The position numbers and the translations under genes are program-made. Under the pieces are notes generated by a model that made no database searches, was not told where the DNA came from, and saw only the letters and a program-made list of their open reading frames with translations. A DNA stretch of 64,000 nt from Betaproteobacteria bacterium (GTDB lineage: Bacteria; Pseudomonadota; Gammaproteobacteria; Burkholderiales; SG8-39): NCBI GenBank assembly GCA_016195915.1, contig JACPYS010000064.1:25-64024 (forward strand). The letters are read 5' to 3'. Shown piece after piece: positions 1-10,110 of the stretch. Numbering within the stretch: position 1 is the stretch's first letter; the number at the start of each line of letters is the position of its first letter.

Positions 1-54
1 CATCAACTTACTTGACAGGTCAATACATATCAGGACGAAGAACCCGGAGGCCGC

Positions 55-786
55 ATGAACCGACTGATGTCTACCGCGATGGCCGGCGCGAACGCGGCGA
101 TGGCTCGCCAGGAGATGCACGCGCACAACCTGGCAAACGCCTCTACGCCCGGGTTCCGCGCCGATACGTCTGCGCTGCAGGCCGAGGCGCAGGCCAACCG
201 GGCGCCAGGCGCTCCCGCAAAGGAATCGTTCGCGGGTGCAGACTTTGCGCAGGGTCCAATCACCCAGACCGGGGGCAACCTGGACATCGCAATCAACGGC
301 AAGGGCTGGATCGCGGTCGAGGGGCGCGACGGCAAGGAGGCCTATACGCGCAACGGCGGGCTCCAGGTCAGCGCGAGCGGGGCATTGCAGACCATCAACG
401 GCATGAACGTGCTCTCCGATGGCGGCCCCGTATCCATCCCGGCCAATGCCGTGGTGCGCATCGCGAGTGACGGCACCGTATCGGCGCTCCCCGAAGGGCA
501 ATCCAACTCGGTGATCAATGTCGGCCGCATCAAGCTGGTGAACCCGCCGGAGCAGGACCTGGCGCGCTCGTCGGACGGACTGTTCCGCTTGAAGAACGGC
601 GGCAGCGCACCGCTCGACGACACGCTGCGCGTCGCGACGGGGGCGATCGAAGGAAGCAATGTGAACGTGGTCGAGGAACTGGTCGGCATGATCGCGCTGG
701 CGCGCCAGTTCGAGCTGCACATGAAAATGATGCAAAACACGGAGGCTGGCGAGCGCGATGCCGCGCGCCTGCTCTCCACACAATAG
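55..786 (+). CDS. flgF: Flagellar basal-body rod protein FlgF
   Basis: 243-aa ORF. Rod-family N-terminal motif ([11 protein letters not shown]) and C-terminal motif ([18 protein letters not shown]). GGAGG RBS at 46-50. First gene in flgFGHIJKL order. Confidence 0.9.
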   Translation: MNRLMSTAMAGANAAMARQEMHAHNLANASTPGFRADTSALQAEAQANRAPGAPAKESFAGADFAQGPITQTGGNLDIAINGKGWIAVEGRDGKEAYTRNGGLQVSASGALQTINGMNVLSDGGPVSIPANAVVRIASDGTVSALPEGQSNSVINVGRIKLVNPPEQDLARSSDGLFRLKNGGSAPLDDTLRVATGAIEGSNVNVVEELVGMIALARQFELHMKMMQNTEAGERDAARLLSTQ

Positions 787-799
787 TGAGGAACAGCCA

Positions 800-1582
800 A
801 TGATCCGTTCGCTGTGGATTTCCAAGACCGGACTCGACGCGCAGCAGACCCAGCTCGACGTCATCGCCAATAATCTCGCCAACGTCAGTACCAACGGCTA
901 CAAGCGCTCGCGTGCCGTGTTCGAGGACCTGCTCTATCAGAGCATGCGCGAACCCGGAGCACAGTCTTCGCAGCTGACGCAGGTGCCCTCGGGGCTTCAG
1001 GTAGGCACCGGCGTGCGTCCTGTGTCGACGGTACGCAATTTCACGCAGGGCAACCTGCAGCAGACCGGCAATCTGCTCGACCTGGCGGTCAACGGACAGG
1101 GGTTCTTTCAGGTGCTGATGCCCGACGGCACGTCCGCCTACACGCGCGACGGCTCCTTTCAGGTCGACTCGCAGGGTGCGCTGGTCACCTCGAACGGCTT
1201 TCACGTTCAGCCGCAGATCACCATCCCGTCGGGCGTCACCTCGATCACTGTCGGGCAGGACGGCATCGTGAGCGTGATACGCGCCGGTTCGACCACGCCG
1301 CAGCAGATCGGCCAGCTTCAGCTCTCCAACTTCGTCAATCCGGCCGGCCTCAAGCCGCTCGGCCAGAACCTCTACCGCGAGAGCGCCTCCTCGGGCACAC
1401 CGCAGGCGAATGCCCCCGGCACCAACGGACTCGGAACGATCAGCCAGGGCTACGTCGAGACCTCCAACGTCAACGTAGTCGAGGAACTGGTGTCGATGAT
1501 CCAGACGCAGCGCGCCTACGAAATCAACTCCAAGGCGATCCAGACCTCCGACCAGATGCTCGCGCGGGTGGCGCAATTGTGA
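800..1582 (+). CDS. flgG: Flagellar distal rod protein FlgG
   Basis: [17 protein letters not shown]-terminus and [26 protein letters not shown]-terminus are near-invariant FlgG motifs. ATG at 800 preferred over the in-frame start at 758, which overlaps flgF. Confidence 0.93.
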   Translation: MIRSLWISKTGLDAQQTQLDVIANNLANVSTNGYKRSRAVFEDLLYQSMREPGAQSSQLTQVPSGLQVGTGVRPVSTVRNFTQGNLQQTGNLLDLAVNGQGFFQVLMPDGTSAYTRDGSFQVDSQGALVTSNGFHVQPQITIPSGVTSITVGQDGIVSVIRAGSTTPQQIGQLQLSNFVNPAGLKPLGQNLYRESASSGTPQANAPGTNGLGTISQGYVETSNVNVVEELVSMIQTQRAYEINSKAIQTSDQMLARVAQL

Positions 1583-2295
1583 TCGGCCGCATGACGCGTG
1601 CGTGGCAGTGGTTCCGCGAGGCGGGCGCGCCGCTGCTGCTCGTCATCCTCGCCCTGTCGATGATGAACGGCTGCAACCTCAATCCGGTGAAGGTGCACGA
1701 GCCGACCACCGCGCGCCCGGAACCGGAACGACCCGCTATCGCAGCCAGGGCGAGCGGAGCGATCTTCAACGAAAACGCATCCTACCGCCCGCTGTTCGAG
1801 GACCGGCGCGCGCGCTACATCGGCGACACGCTCGTCATCCAGTTGAACGAGAAGCTGCAGGCCAGCCGCAATGCCTCCTCCAACGCGAGCCGCAAGGGCG
1901 ACACTGCTTTCGGCGTGCCAACCCTCACCAACGGCCTGCCGGGCAAGGGCTATCAGGGCACCGGCGTCGCGGCCAACAGCTCCAACACCTTCGAGGGCAA
2001 GGGCGCTGCGGCCGCCGACAACCTGTTTACCGGCACCATCACGGTGACCGTGATCGAGGTGCTGCCCAACGGCAACCTGATCGTGTCGGGTGAAAAGCAG
2101 ATCGGCATCGCGGAGAACAGCGAGACGCTGCGTTTCTCCGGCGTGGTCGCACCGTACACCATCCTCGCGGGCAATACGGTCACCTCGACCCAGGTGGCCG
2201 ACGCCCGCATCGACTACCGCGGTTCGGGCTATATCGACGAAGCACAGGCGATGGGCTTCCTGGCGCGCTTCTTCCTCACGATCCTTCCATTCTGA
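1579..2295 (+). CDS. flgH: Flagellar L-ring lipoprotein FlgH
   Basis: GTGA overlap with the flgG stop. Lipoprotein-type signal ending ...LSMMNGC. L-ring motifs [20 protein letters not shown] and RIDYRGSG. Alternative ATG at 1591. Confidence 0.9.
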   Translation: MIGRMTRAWQWFREAGAPLLLVILALSMMNGCNLNPVKVHEPTTARPEPERPAIAARASGAIFNENASYRPLFEDRRARYIGDTLVIQLNEKLQASRNASSNASRKGDTAFGVPTLTNGLPGKGYQGTGVAANSSNTFEGKGAAAADNLFTGTITVTVIEVLPNGNLIVSGEKQIGIAENSETLRFSGVVAPYTILAGNTVTSTQVADARIDYRGSGYIDEAQAMGFLARFFLTILPF

Positions 2296-3416
2296 TGAAC
2301 CCCACTCTCGACCGATTGTTGTTCGCCGCGTTGCTCGTGCTGGCGGGGCTGGTGCTCGGAACGCAAGTGCACGCCGAGCGCGTGAAGGACATCGCCAGCA
2401 TCCAGGGGGTTCGGCCGAACCAGCTGATCGGCTACGGGCTGGTGGTCGGGCTCGACGGCAGCGGCGATCAGACGACGCAAACGCCGTTCACGGTGCAGAG
2501 CCTGACGACCATGCTTCAGCAGCTGGGGGTCAACCTGCCGCCGGGGACCACGCTCCAGCTGAAGAATGTGGCCGCAGTGATGGTGACGGCGATGCTGCCG
2601 CCATTCGCCCAGCCCGGCCAGGTGCTGGATGTCACCGTATCTTCGATGGGCAACGCGAAATCGCTGCGCGGCGGAACCCTGCTGCTCACACCGCTCAAAG
2701 GCGCGGACGGCCGCGTGTACGCGATGTCGCAGGGCAACCTGGTCGTGAGCGGCGCTGGCGCCTCGCAGGGCGGCTCGTCGGTGCAAGTCAACCATCTGTC
2801 CGCCGGCCGCATCCCCGGGGGCGCGACGATCGAGCGCAATGTGCCGACGCCGTTTCTGGAGGGAGACTACGTGCATCTGGAACTTCACGCGACCGACTTC
2901 TCCACCGTCCGGCGGCTGGCCGAGAAGATCAACCAGAGCATCGGACCCGGCATGGCGCAGGCGCTCGATGGCCGCGTGGTGCGCGTCGCTGCGCCGCGCG
3001 GATCCAATGACCGCGTCGGCTTTCTCGCACAACTCGAAGATCTGAGCATCGAAATGTCCGCCGCTCCGGCCAAGGTCATCATCAACGCGCGCACCGGATC
3101 GGTGGTGATGAACCAGTCGGTGCGCCTCGAACCGTCGGCGGTCGCCCACGGCAGTCTCTCGGTGTCCATCAGCTCGAGCCCCGTGATCAGTCAGCCGAAC
3201 GCGCTTTCGACCGGCGGCGCCACGGTGGTGACGGAAAAGACCGACATCCAGATCAAACAGGACGGCGGGCAACTCAATTTGCTCGAGGCGGGCGCCCGGC
3301 TTGCCGACGTGGTGAAGGCGCTCAACGCCATCGGCGCCACGCCGCAGGACCTGCTTTCCATTCTGCAGGCCCTGAAGTCGGCCGGCGCATTGCGCGCCGA
3401 GCTGGAGATCATCTAG
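2295..3416 (+). CDS. flgI: Flagellar P-ring protein FlgI
   Basis: 373 aa. Signal peptide followed by RVKDIASIQGVRPNQLIGYGLVVGLDGSGD. TGATG junction with flgH. Confidence 0.93.
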   Translation: MNPTLDRLLFAALLVLAGLVLGTQVHAERVKDIASIQGVRPNQLIGYGLVVGLDGSGDQTTQTPFTVQSLTTMLQQLGVNLPPGTTLQLKNVAAVMVTAMLPPFAQPGQVLDVTVSSMGNAKSLRGGTLLLTPLKGADGRVYAMSQGNLVVSGAGASQGGSSVQVNHLSAGRIPGGATIERNVPTPFLEGDYVHLELHATDFSTVRRLAEKINQSIGPGMAQALDGRVVRVAAPRGSNDRVGFLAQLEDLSIEMSAAPAKVIINARTGSVVMNQSVRLEPSAVAHGSLSVSISSSPVISQPNALSTGGATVVTEKTDIQIKQDGGQLNLLEAGARLADVVKALNAIGATPQDLLSILQALKSAGALRAELEII

Positions 3417-3430
3417 CAGGAGCCCGGAAT

Positions 3431-4333
3431 ATGGCCGCCGCTCCCGATGTATCCGTTTCCTCGCGCTTCGCGTTCGACGCGCGTTCGCTCGGCGATCTGC
3501 GCGCGCAGGCGAAAAAAGACCCCGATGCAGCACTCAAACAGGCAGCGACGCAGTTCGAGGCCGTGTTCATGCGCGCGCTCCTCAAGAGCATGCGGGACGC
3601 GATTCCGCAGGAGGACACCCTCACCAGCGACGCGGGCAAGATGTACACCAGCATGTACGACGATCAGATCGCGCAGAAACTTGCGGAGCGCGGACTGGGA
3701 ATCGCCGACATCATGGTAAAACAGCTCGCGCCGCGCGCTGCCGGCGCGCCCGGCGCGAGCGGCAAACCGCGCGCCGTCCTCGGCATCGAAAAGGCGGCGG
3801 GAAGACTGGAAAGCGCGGCGCGCGCCGGAGCGGCCGCTGCGCCTGCAGCAGGCGGCGCCGCGAGCGTGGCGGAAAAATTCATCGAGAAAACCGCGCAGCA
3901 CGCCGCCGCAGCGGCGCAGGCGACAGGCGTTCCCGCGCGCTTCATCCTCGGCCAGGCTGCGCTCGAATCGGGCTGGGGCGCGCGCGAGATCCGCGGCGCC
4001 GGCGGCAGCCAAAGCTTCAACCTGTTCGGCGTCAAGGCGGGCAAGAACTGGAAGGGCGCCGTGGTCGAAGCGAACACCACCGAGTACGTGAACGGCATTC
4101 CGCGCCGCGCGCTCGAGCGTTTTCGTGCCTATGGTTCCTACCAAGAAGCATTTGCCGACTACGCCCAGCTGCTCAAAGCTAATCCCCGCTATGCGCAGGT
4201 GCTCTCGAGCGCACGCGACGCAGAGTCGTTTGCGAGCGGCATGCAGCGGGCCGGTTATGCCACCGATCCGCGCTACGCGGACAAGCTCGCACGCGTAATC
4301 AAGTCCGCTTCGCTGCAAAGCGTAGCGGCGTAA
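3431..4333 (+). CDS. flgJ: Flagellar rod-assembly protein / peptidoglycan hydrolase FlgJ
   Basis: N-terminal rod-binding motif (QFEAVFMRALLKSMR). Ala/Gly-rich linker. C-terminal glucosaminidase-like region (ILGQAALESGWG...NLFGVKA...YATDPRYADK). Confidence 0.85.
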   Translation: MAAAPDVSVSSRFAFDARSLGDLRAQAKKDPDAALKQAATQFEAVFMRALLKSMRDAIPQEDTLTSDAGKMYTSMYDDQIAQKLAERGLGIADIMVKQLAPRAAGAPGASGKPRAVLGIEKAAGRLESAARAGAAAAPAAGGAASVAEKFIEKTAQHAAAAAQATGVPARFILGQAALESGWGAREIRGAGGSQSFNLFGVKAGKNWKGAVVEANTTEYVNGIPRRALERFRAYGSYQEAFADYAQLLKANPRYAQVLSSARDAESFASGMQRAGYATDPRYADKLARVIKSASLQSVAA

Positions 4334-4355
4334 AGCACGACAACGGGACGCGAAC

Positions 4356-6254
4356 ATGGGCAGCGCGCTGATCGGCATTGCGGTCACGGGACTCAACGCG
4401 GCCCAGGGTGGTCTGACGACGACCGGACACAACATCGCCAACGTCAATACGCAAGGGTACTCGCGCCAGCAGGCGGTGCAGGCGACCAACTTCGCGGAAG
4501 CCGGCGGCGCAGGCTACTTCGGCCGCGGCGTGAACATCGAGACGGTCACGCGCGCGTATGAACAGTTTACCGCCGCGCAGACCTGGGCGGCGAGCGCGAG
4601 CGCCAACCACTGGGGCGCGGCCCTGGCCCAACTGCAGAGTGTCGACCAACTGGTTGCTGACCCGGATGTGGGCATTCCTCCGGCGCTCGACCGATTTTTC
4701 AGTTCGCTGCACGGCGTCGCCACGAATCCTTCAGATCCTGCGTCCCGGCAAAGCATGCTGTCGCAGGCGCAGGGGCTGGCGTCGCGTTTCCGCGACCTGG
4801 ATGAGCAGATGGTGAAGATCCAGCAGGGAACCGACCGGCAGATCCTGGGCGCGGTCAGTTCGATCAATACCCTGGCAGCAAGCATCGCAGCGATCAACGA
4901 CAAGATTGCGTTGAGCAAGGTGGATGGCGATCATTCGCCCAACGACCTGCTCGACCAGCGCGATGCCATGTTGCACGACCTGAACGGCATCGTGCGCGCG
5001 AGCGCGGTGCAGCAGGGCGACGGCGCGGTGAACGTATTCCTCGGCAACGGACAGGCGCTGGTGGTCGGGACGAACGCATTCAAGCTCGGCGCCGCGCCGG
5101 ACAGTCTCGATCCCGAGCGCATTTCTGTCGGCCTGCAGATGCAGGGGGGCGCGACGGTGGGATTTCGCGCCAGCAGCCTCGAAGGCGGCAAACTCGGCGG
5201 ATTGCTCGCGTTTCGCGATGGAACGCTCGACGCCGCCCGCAACGCGCTCGGCCGTGTCGCGATCGTGTTTGCGTCCGCCTTCAATCAGCAGCATCGCCTC
5301 GGCATGGATCGCAGCGGCCAGCCGGGGGGCGATTTCTTCGCTGCCGGCCTGCCACGCGCAGTTTCCACCGGAACCAATGCCGGCACGGCACAGCTTTCCG
5401 CGAGCGTCACCAATTTCTCCGCACTGACCGAAAGCGACTACCGCGTTCTGTACGACGGCACGAACTGGAATGTCACCAGGTTGTCGGACAGCACGGTGCA
5501 GACCTTCGGCTCGATGCCTGCGACGATCGACGGCGTGGCGATTTCGGTTGCTTCGGGTTCGGCCGCCGCCGGCGACACGTACCTGATCAAGCCAACGCGC
5601 GACGGTGCGGCGGGCTTCGCCGTCCTGGTGACACAGGCTGATCGCATCGCGGCAGCCGCGCCGATCCGCACGGCGGTTGCAAACGGCAATGCCGGCAGCG
5701 CGAGCATTTCCGCGGGCACCGTCAACGGTCCGACGGCAAACGCGAATCTGATGCAGCCGGTGACGCTCACGTTCAGCGGCCCGGGGGCTTTCAACGTGAG
5801 CGGCATCGGGACGGGCAATCCAGGGGGTGTCGTCTACACCGCCGGCGCAACGATCTCCTACAACGGCTGGTCGGCCCAGATCAGCGGCACGCCCGCGGCA
5901 GGCGATGTGTTCACGATTTCGCCCAACGCGGGCGGCACCGGCGACAATCGCAACATCCTGCTTCTTGCCGGTCTGCAGACGAGTGCGCTGGTGGGCGGAT
6001 CGGCGACGCTAGGCGATACCTACGGGCAATTGGTCTCGCGAGTCGGCAATTCAACCAGCGATGCCGAGCTTTCGGCGAAGGCCCAGGCACGCATCCGCGA
6101 TGAGGCCGAGAGCCGGCAGACTTCGATTTCCGGTGTCAACCTCGACGAAGAGGCGGCCAATTTGTTGCGCTACCAGCAGGCGTATCAGGCCGCCGGCAAG
6201 CTGGTGACGATCGCCAACTCGATGTTCGACACGCTGCTCAATCTGAGGACCTGA
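4356..6254 (+). CDS. flgK: Flagellar hook-associated protein 1 FlgK
   Basis: 632 aa. N-terminal GLNAAQGGLTTTGHNIANVNTQGYSRQ and C-terminal GVNLDEEAANLLRYQQAYQAAGK motifs. Confidence 0.88.
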   Translation: MGSALIGIAVTGLNAAQGGLTTTGHNIANVNTQGYSRQQAVQATNFAEAGGAGYFGRGVNIETVTRAYEQFTAAQTWAASASANHWGAALAQLQSVDQLVADPDVGIPPALDRFFSSLHGVATNPSDPASRQSMLSQAQGLASRFRDLDEQMVKIQQGTDRQILGAVSSINTLAASIAAINDKIALSKVDGDHSPNDLLDQRDAMLHDLNGIVRASAVQQGDGAVNVFLGNGQALVVGTNAFKLGAAPDSLDPERISVGLQMQGGATVGFRASSLEGGKLGGLLAFRDGTLDAARNALGRVAIVFASAFNQQHRLGMDRSGQPGGDFFAAGLPRAVSTGTNAGTAQLSASVTNFSALTESDYRVLYDGTNWNVTRLSDSTVQTFGSMPATIDGVAISVASGSAAAGDTYLIKPTRDGAAGFAVLVTQADRIAAAAPIRTAVANGNAGSASISAGTVNGPTANANLMQPVTLTFSGPGAFNVSGIGTGNPGGVVYTAGATISYNGWSAQISGTPAAGDVFTISPNAGGTGDNRNILLLAGLQTSALVGGSATLGDTYGQLVSRVGNSTSDAELSAKAQARIRDEAESRQTSISGVNLDEEAANLLRYQQAYQAAGKLVTIANSMFDTLLNLRT

Positions 6255-6256
6255 TT

Positions 6257-7465
6257 ATGCGCATCAGCACGGCGATGATCCACGAAGGCTCCGTTCAGGC
6301 GATGCAGAAGCAGCAGTCCGAACTGCTGCGTACGCAGCAGCAGCTCTCCAGCGGGCAACGCATGCTGGCCCCGAGCGACGATCCGATTGGCGCCAGCCAG
6401 GCCCTTACGTTGCGCAGCGCAGAAGCGATCACCGCTCAGTACGCGACCAACCAGAGCGCGGCTCAGGCCAGCCTGTCGCTCGCCGAGAGTTCGCTCGGCA
6501 CGATCGGCGAGCTGCTGAACAGTGCCCGCACGCTGGTGGTGAATGCGGGAAATGGTTCGTTGACCAACAGCGATCGCCAGTCGATCGCGATCGAACTGCG
6601 CGGCATGTACAAGGAGCTTCTCGGACTCGCCAATTCCCGGGACGGGCAGGGGCGCTTTCTGTTCGCAGGCTTCCAGGACGGCACGGCACCGTTCAGCGAC
6701 ACGGCGGCAGGCGTCGTGTACAACGGCGACCAGGGCCGTCCCGCGATGGCAGTATCGGGAGCGCGCGAAATGCCGGCCTCGGACAACGGACACTCGATCT
6801 TCGAACTCGGGCGCAGCGGCAATGGCGTGTTCGAGACCTCGACCGCGGCTGCCAATACCGGCAGCGGCATCGCGAGCGTGGGACTGGTGTACGACGCGAG
6901 CCTGCTCACGGGCCACAGCTACCGCGTCGACTTTGCGGCCGGAGCAGCACGCAGCTACAGCGTGATCGACGTTACCGCGGGAACAACACTTTCGGCTGGA
7001 AATGCCTATGCCAGCGGAACAGCGATCCGTTTCGACGGCATCGAAATTTCGCTCGAGGGCGCACCGGCGGCCGGGGATTCGGTCAATGTCGTCCCGAGCA
7101 CGAACCAGAGCATCTTCAAGACGCTCTCCGACGCAATCACCACGATATCGACGCCGTATACCGGCGCCGCCGGCTCGGCACGATTTGCGACCCAGCTGGG
7201 AAGTGCGCTGGCGGAGATCGATTCGGGGACTGAGCGGGTCCTCACCGTGCGCAGCGAGTTCGGTTCGTACCTGAGTGAACTCGAAACGCTGCGCTCGGCG
7301 ACCGCAGGCAGGAGCGAGTTCCTCGCCCGGCAACGCGCGGGACTCGAAGACCTCGACTACGCCAAGGCGGCGAGCGAGCTGTCGCGCCAGCAACTGGTGC
7401 TCGAAGCAGCACAGCGCACGTATGCGAAGGTAAGTTCGATGTCGCTTTTTAATTACCTGGGTTGA
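6257..7465 (+). CDS. flgL: Flagellar hook-associated protein 3 FlgL
   Basis: 402 aa. Flagellin-like termini (LSSGQRMLAPSDDP...; ...DLDYAKAASELSRQQLVLEAAQ). Starts 2 nt after the flgK stop. Confidence 0.85.
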   Translation: MRISTAMIHEGSVQAMQKQQSELLRTQQQLSSGQRMLAPSDDPIGASQALTLRSAEAITAQYATNQSAAQASLSLAESSLGTIGELLNSARTLVVNAGNGSLTNSDRQSIAIELRGMYKELLGLANSRDGQGRFLFAGFQDGTAPFSDTAAGVVYNGDQGRPAMAVSGAREMPASDNGHSIFELGRSGNGVFETSTAAANTGSGIASVGLVYDASLLTGHSYRVDFAAGAARSYSVIDVTAGTTLSAGNAYASGTAIRFDGIEISLEGAPAAGDSVNVVPSTNQSIFKTLSDAITTISTPYTGAAGSARFATQLGSALAEIDSGTERVLTVRSEFGSYLSELETLRSATAGRSEFLARQRAGLEDLDYAKAASELSRQQLVLEAAQRTYAKVSSMSLFNYLG

Positions 7466-7492
7466 TCGAGCTTTCATCGATCCCCCGATGCG

Positions 7493-9298
7493 ATGAACAG
7501 CAATACGCAGCCGTCGGAGATTGCGCGCGAGACGATCCGCCAGCTCGCTGCGCGCAAACTCGCACCGACGCCCGACAATTACACGCGGCTCTACGAAGAG
7601 CTGGGGGGCGAGGGCGTCGTCGCGCATCATCCGGCGGTGCGCGCGCTCGAGCAGTTCGCCACCGAATGCGAGGGGCGCGAAGGCGAGGCAGGGGAAAAGG
7701 GGCGCGAACTGGTGCGCTCCCTCGCGGCGCGCAACTGGAACGCGGTTTCGCAGTCGCTCGGCGCGCTGCATCGCGCCGTGCCGGCGGCGCGCGCGCGCTC
7801 CGCCGCGTGGCCGGAACTGATCCGCGAGACGCTGCGCCAATGGGACCGGCGGCAGGCCGGTCTTACCGTGGCTAAGAAGCGCGAGAATCTCGAGCACATC
7901 CTGGGCGCGTTCGGCGCCGACGGCGAGCGCCTGCACGACAAACTCTCCGGACTGGTTCGCAGCTGGCGCGAGCGCTCGGACGAGCCCGCATTCGACGCCG
8001 AGAATGGGCCGCCGCAACTGGGACCGAACCTCCGTCCGAACGCAGCTTCCGGATTCCCTGCCGCGTCCGCGCCACCCGCCGCAACGGCCGTCGCGGATAC
8101 CGGACCCGGCCTGCGCCAGCAGGTTGCGCAGACGCTGGAGTATGCGGTGGTGGCCCGCCTCGGTTACACGCCCGTTCTCCAGGAAGAGGCGCGCGAACTG
8201 GCCGCGATGGCGCGGCGCGCCGCGAGCGCGGCCGAGATCGAGGACTTCGGCGCGCGCTTGAAGCGCTTCTTTCTTCGCCTCGAACTCGCGGGCGAGGACA
8301 TCGGCGAGTTATTTCGCGGCCTGCTCGGACTGCTGCGTCTTCTCACGGACAATCTCGCCGATCTTGTCGGCGACGACCGCTGGATGAAGGGCCAGGTCGC
8401 CACCGTGCAGGCGCTGCTTGCCGAGCCGCTCGGCACCGAAATGCTGCGCCAGGCCGAGCGGGGTTTCCGCGACCTCGTCATGAAGCAGGGCACGCGCAAG
8501 GTCGGACTCGACCAGGCCAAGGCCGCCCTCAAGGACATGGTGTCGATGTTCGTCGACCGCCTCGCGGCGGTCAGCTCATCGACCGGAGAATTTCACGGGC
8601 GCATGGAAGGTTATGCGCAGCGCATCGCAGCCACCGAGGACATCGGGCAGCTCGGCGGGCTGGTCGAAGAACTGGTCGGGCATACGCGCGGCATGCAAGC
8701 CGACATGATGCGCGCGCACGAGGAACTGGTGGTGGCGCGCCGCAAGGTGAGCGAGTACGAAGCCCGCATCCAGCAACTCGAACAGGAACTTGAGTCGGTG
8801 AGCGGGCAGGTGCGCGAAGACCAGCTCACCAAGACGCTCAACCGCCGCGGCCTCGAAGAAGCCTGGACCGCCGAGTCGGCGCGCGCCGAGCGCCAGGAAA
8901 CGCCGCTCTGCCTCGCAGTCCTCGACATCGACAACTTCAAACTGTTGAACGACCGGCTCGGGCACCAGGCCGGTGACCGCGCGCTGGTGCATCTCACCGG
9001 CGTGGTGCGCCAGGCCCTGCGCCCGTCGGACATCATTGCGCGCTATGGCGGCGAGGAATTCGTCGTCCTTCTGCCCCACACCCCTGCCGACGAAGCGGTG
9101 AACGTCATGTCGCGGCTGCAGCGCGAGCTGACGCGCCATTTCTTCATGCACAACAACGAGCGCGTGCTGATCACCTTCAGCGCGGGCGTGGCGGAGCGCA
9201 GGGGCAACGAAGCCCGCGACGAACTGATCAAGCGCGCGGACGCGGCGCTGTACGAAGCGAAACGCGCGGGCAAGAACCGCGTGGTTGCGGCGGCCTGA
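7493..9298 (+). CDS. Diguanylate cyclase (GGDEF) with long uncharacterised N-terminal region
   Basis: 601 aa. C-terminal GGDEF domain with LTKTLNRRGL, the RPSD I-site five residues before the intact GGEEF, and a terminal AGKNRV. The ~430-aa N-terminal part shows no motif I recognise. Confidence 0.85.
   Translation: MNSNTQPSEIARETIRQLAARKLAPTPDNYTRLYEELGGEGVVAHHPAVRALEQFATECEGREGEAGEKGRELVRSLAARNWNAVSQSLGALHRAVPAARARSAAWPELIRETLRQWDRRQAGLTVAKKRENLEHILGAFGADGERLHDKLSGLVRSWRERSDEPAFDAENGPPQLGPNLRPNAASGFPAASAPPAATAVADTGPGLRQQVAQTLEYAVVARLGYTPVLQEEARELAAMARRAASAAEIEDFGARLKRFFLRLELAGEDIGELFRGLLGLLRLLTDNLADLVGDDRWMKGQVATVQALLAEPLGTEMLRQAERGFRDLVMKQGTRKVGLDQAKAALKDMVSMFVDRLAAVSSSTGEFHGRMEGYAQRIAATEDIGQLGGLVEELVGHTRGMQADMMRAHEELVVARRKVSEYEARIQQLEQELESVSGQVREDQLTKTLNRRGLEEAWTAESARAERQETPLCLAVLDIDNFKLLNDRLGHQAGDRALVHLTGVVRQALRPSDIIARYGGEEFVVLLPHTPADEAVNVMSRLQRELTRHFFMHNNERVLITFSAGVAERRGNEARDELIKRADAALYEAKRAGKNRVVAAA
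9266..9293. repeat. Left copy of a 28-bp direct repeat (3' end of the GGDEF gene)
   Basis: gcgggCaagaaccgCgtggttgcggcgg matches 10083-10110 at 26/28 positions (hand alignment). Confidence 0.8.
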
Positions 9299-9389
9299 GG
9301 TTGCTCCCCCCTGGCTTTCGTTGAGTGCCGGTTGCGGATTGCGTGCGAGGTCCACCCGGGCCGTTGTTTCAGAGAGGGTCGTCGGGGGT

Positions 9390-9407
9390 GGTAATATTGG
9401 TATTATT
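9390..9407 (+). promoter_or_regulatory. AT-rich tandem 9-mer (GGTAATATT GGTATTATT), putative promoter/operator of the RHH-PIN cassette
   Basis: This AT-rich block in an otherwise GC-rich stretch lies about 20 nt upstream of the antitoxin start. It contains TAATAT/TATTAT -10-like hexamers. RHH antitoxins typically autoregulate through repeats like these. Confidence 0.35.
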
Positions 9408-9428
9408 GCAACCCGAATGGGAGCCGCG

Positions 9429-9686
9429 ATGACTCTGACCGTGAAATTGCCGGAGCCGATCGAGCGCAAGCTCGACGCCCATTGCAGACAGCACCACGTC
9501 ACCAAGTCCGAGGTCGTGACGCGCGTACTGGCGCAATATCTCGCACTGCAGGCACCGAAGCGCACGCCGTACGAGCTGGCGCTCAAACATGGCATCATCG
9601 GATGCGTCTCGGGCGGTGCGCGCAATATTGGCCGTGACCACAGCCGGCTGATTAAGGAGAAGCTGCGTGCAAAACACCCTGGCTGA
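9429..9686 (+). CDS. vapB: Ribbon-helix-helix (CopG/VapB-like) antitoxin
   Basis: MTLTVKLPEPIERKLDAHCRQHHVTKSEVVTRVLAQYL is a typical RHH N-terminus. GGGAG RBS at 9419-9423. Alternative start at 9417. Overlaps the PIN gene by 20 nt. Confidence 0.7.
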   Translation: MTLTVKLPEPIERKLDAHCRQHHVTKSEVVTRVLAQYLALQAPKRTPYELALKHGIIGCVSGGARNIGRDHSRLIKEKLRAKHPG

Positions 9687-10080
9687 CACCGGTCCGCTGG
9701 TATCGTTGTTTCGAAAGAGCGACAGGAATCACCTTCGATCGCGGGATTTTATCGCCGCGTTCAATGGCAATTTGATTACCACCTGGCCGGTGATGACCGA
9801 AGTCTGCCACCTGCTTCCGCCGCATGCGGTCACGCGATTCATGGCGTGGGCCGCGGACGGCGGCCTGCTTGTGATCGAGATGCCAGGCGAAACGATCGTG
9901 CGGCTGCAGGCGTTGATGGGCAAGTATGGCGACCTGCCGATGGATCTTGCCGACGCCTCTTTGGTGTGGCTGGGCGGGCAGATCGACCTGCTCGACGTAA
10001 TTACGCTGGACGAGCGCGATTTTTCGGCCTACCGCACTGCTGCCGGCCACCGGTTTCGCAACCTGCTCGCTGCTGCGTAG
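9667..10080 (+). CDS. vapC: PIN-domain toxin (VapC-like ribonuclease)
   Basis: 137 aa with a GTG start. Acidic PIN residues sit in the expected contexts (LADTGPLV, MTEV, DLADAS, TLDERDF). Forms an overlapping bicistron with the RHH gene. Confidence 0.8.
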   Translation: MQNTLADTGPLVSLFRKSDRNHLRSRDFIAAFNGNLITTWPVMTEVCHLLPPHAVTRFMAWAADGGLLVIEMPGETIVRLQALMGKYGDLPMDLADASLVWLGGQIDLLDVITLDERDFSAYRTAAGHRFRNLLAAA

Positions 10081-10082
10081 CC

Positions 10083-10110
10083 GCGGGAAAGAACCGGGTG
10101 GTTGCGGCGG
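10083..10110. repeat. Right copy of the 28-bp direct repeat (displaced 3' end of the GGDEF gene)
   Basis: gcgggAaagaaccgGgtggttgcggcgg. Read in the GGDEF frame it continues AGKNRVVAADPTPSGSGCVAPWRQNIYPGPEKKF* to 10187. Confidence 0.8.

Larger units (their letters stand above)
9266..10110 (+). mobile_element. Putative integration scar: RHH/PIN cassette bounded by 28-bp direct repeats
   Basis: The repeats duplicate the last codons of the GGDEF gene. The cassette is visibly more AT-rich than its flanks. No recombinase is present. Confidence 0.4.

Noticed and set aside
530-1576. Long antisense or alternative-frame ORFs throughout the window. Examples: 530-1576(-), 2229-3533(-), 6185-8017(-), 21634-23982(+), 25099-27762(+), 30698-32299(-), 43371-45377(+), 56271-57356(+).
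   Set aside because: Their translations are Arg/Ala/Gly/Pro-rich low-complexity strings with no motifs. Each lies opposite to, or out of frame with, a gene carrying clear conserved domains. Such shadow ORFs are expected in GC-rich DNA, where stop codons are rare.
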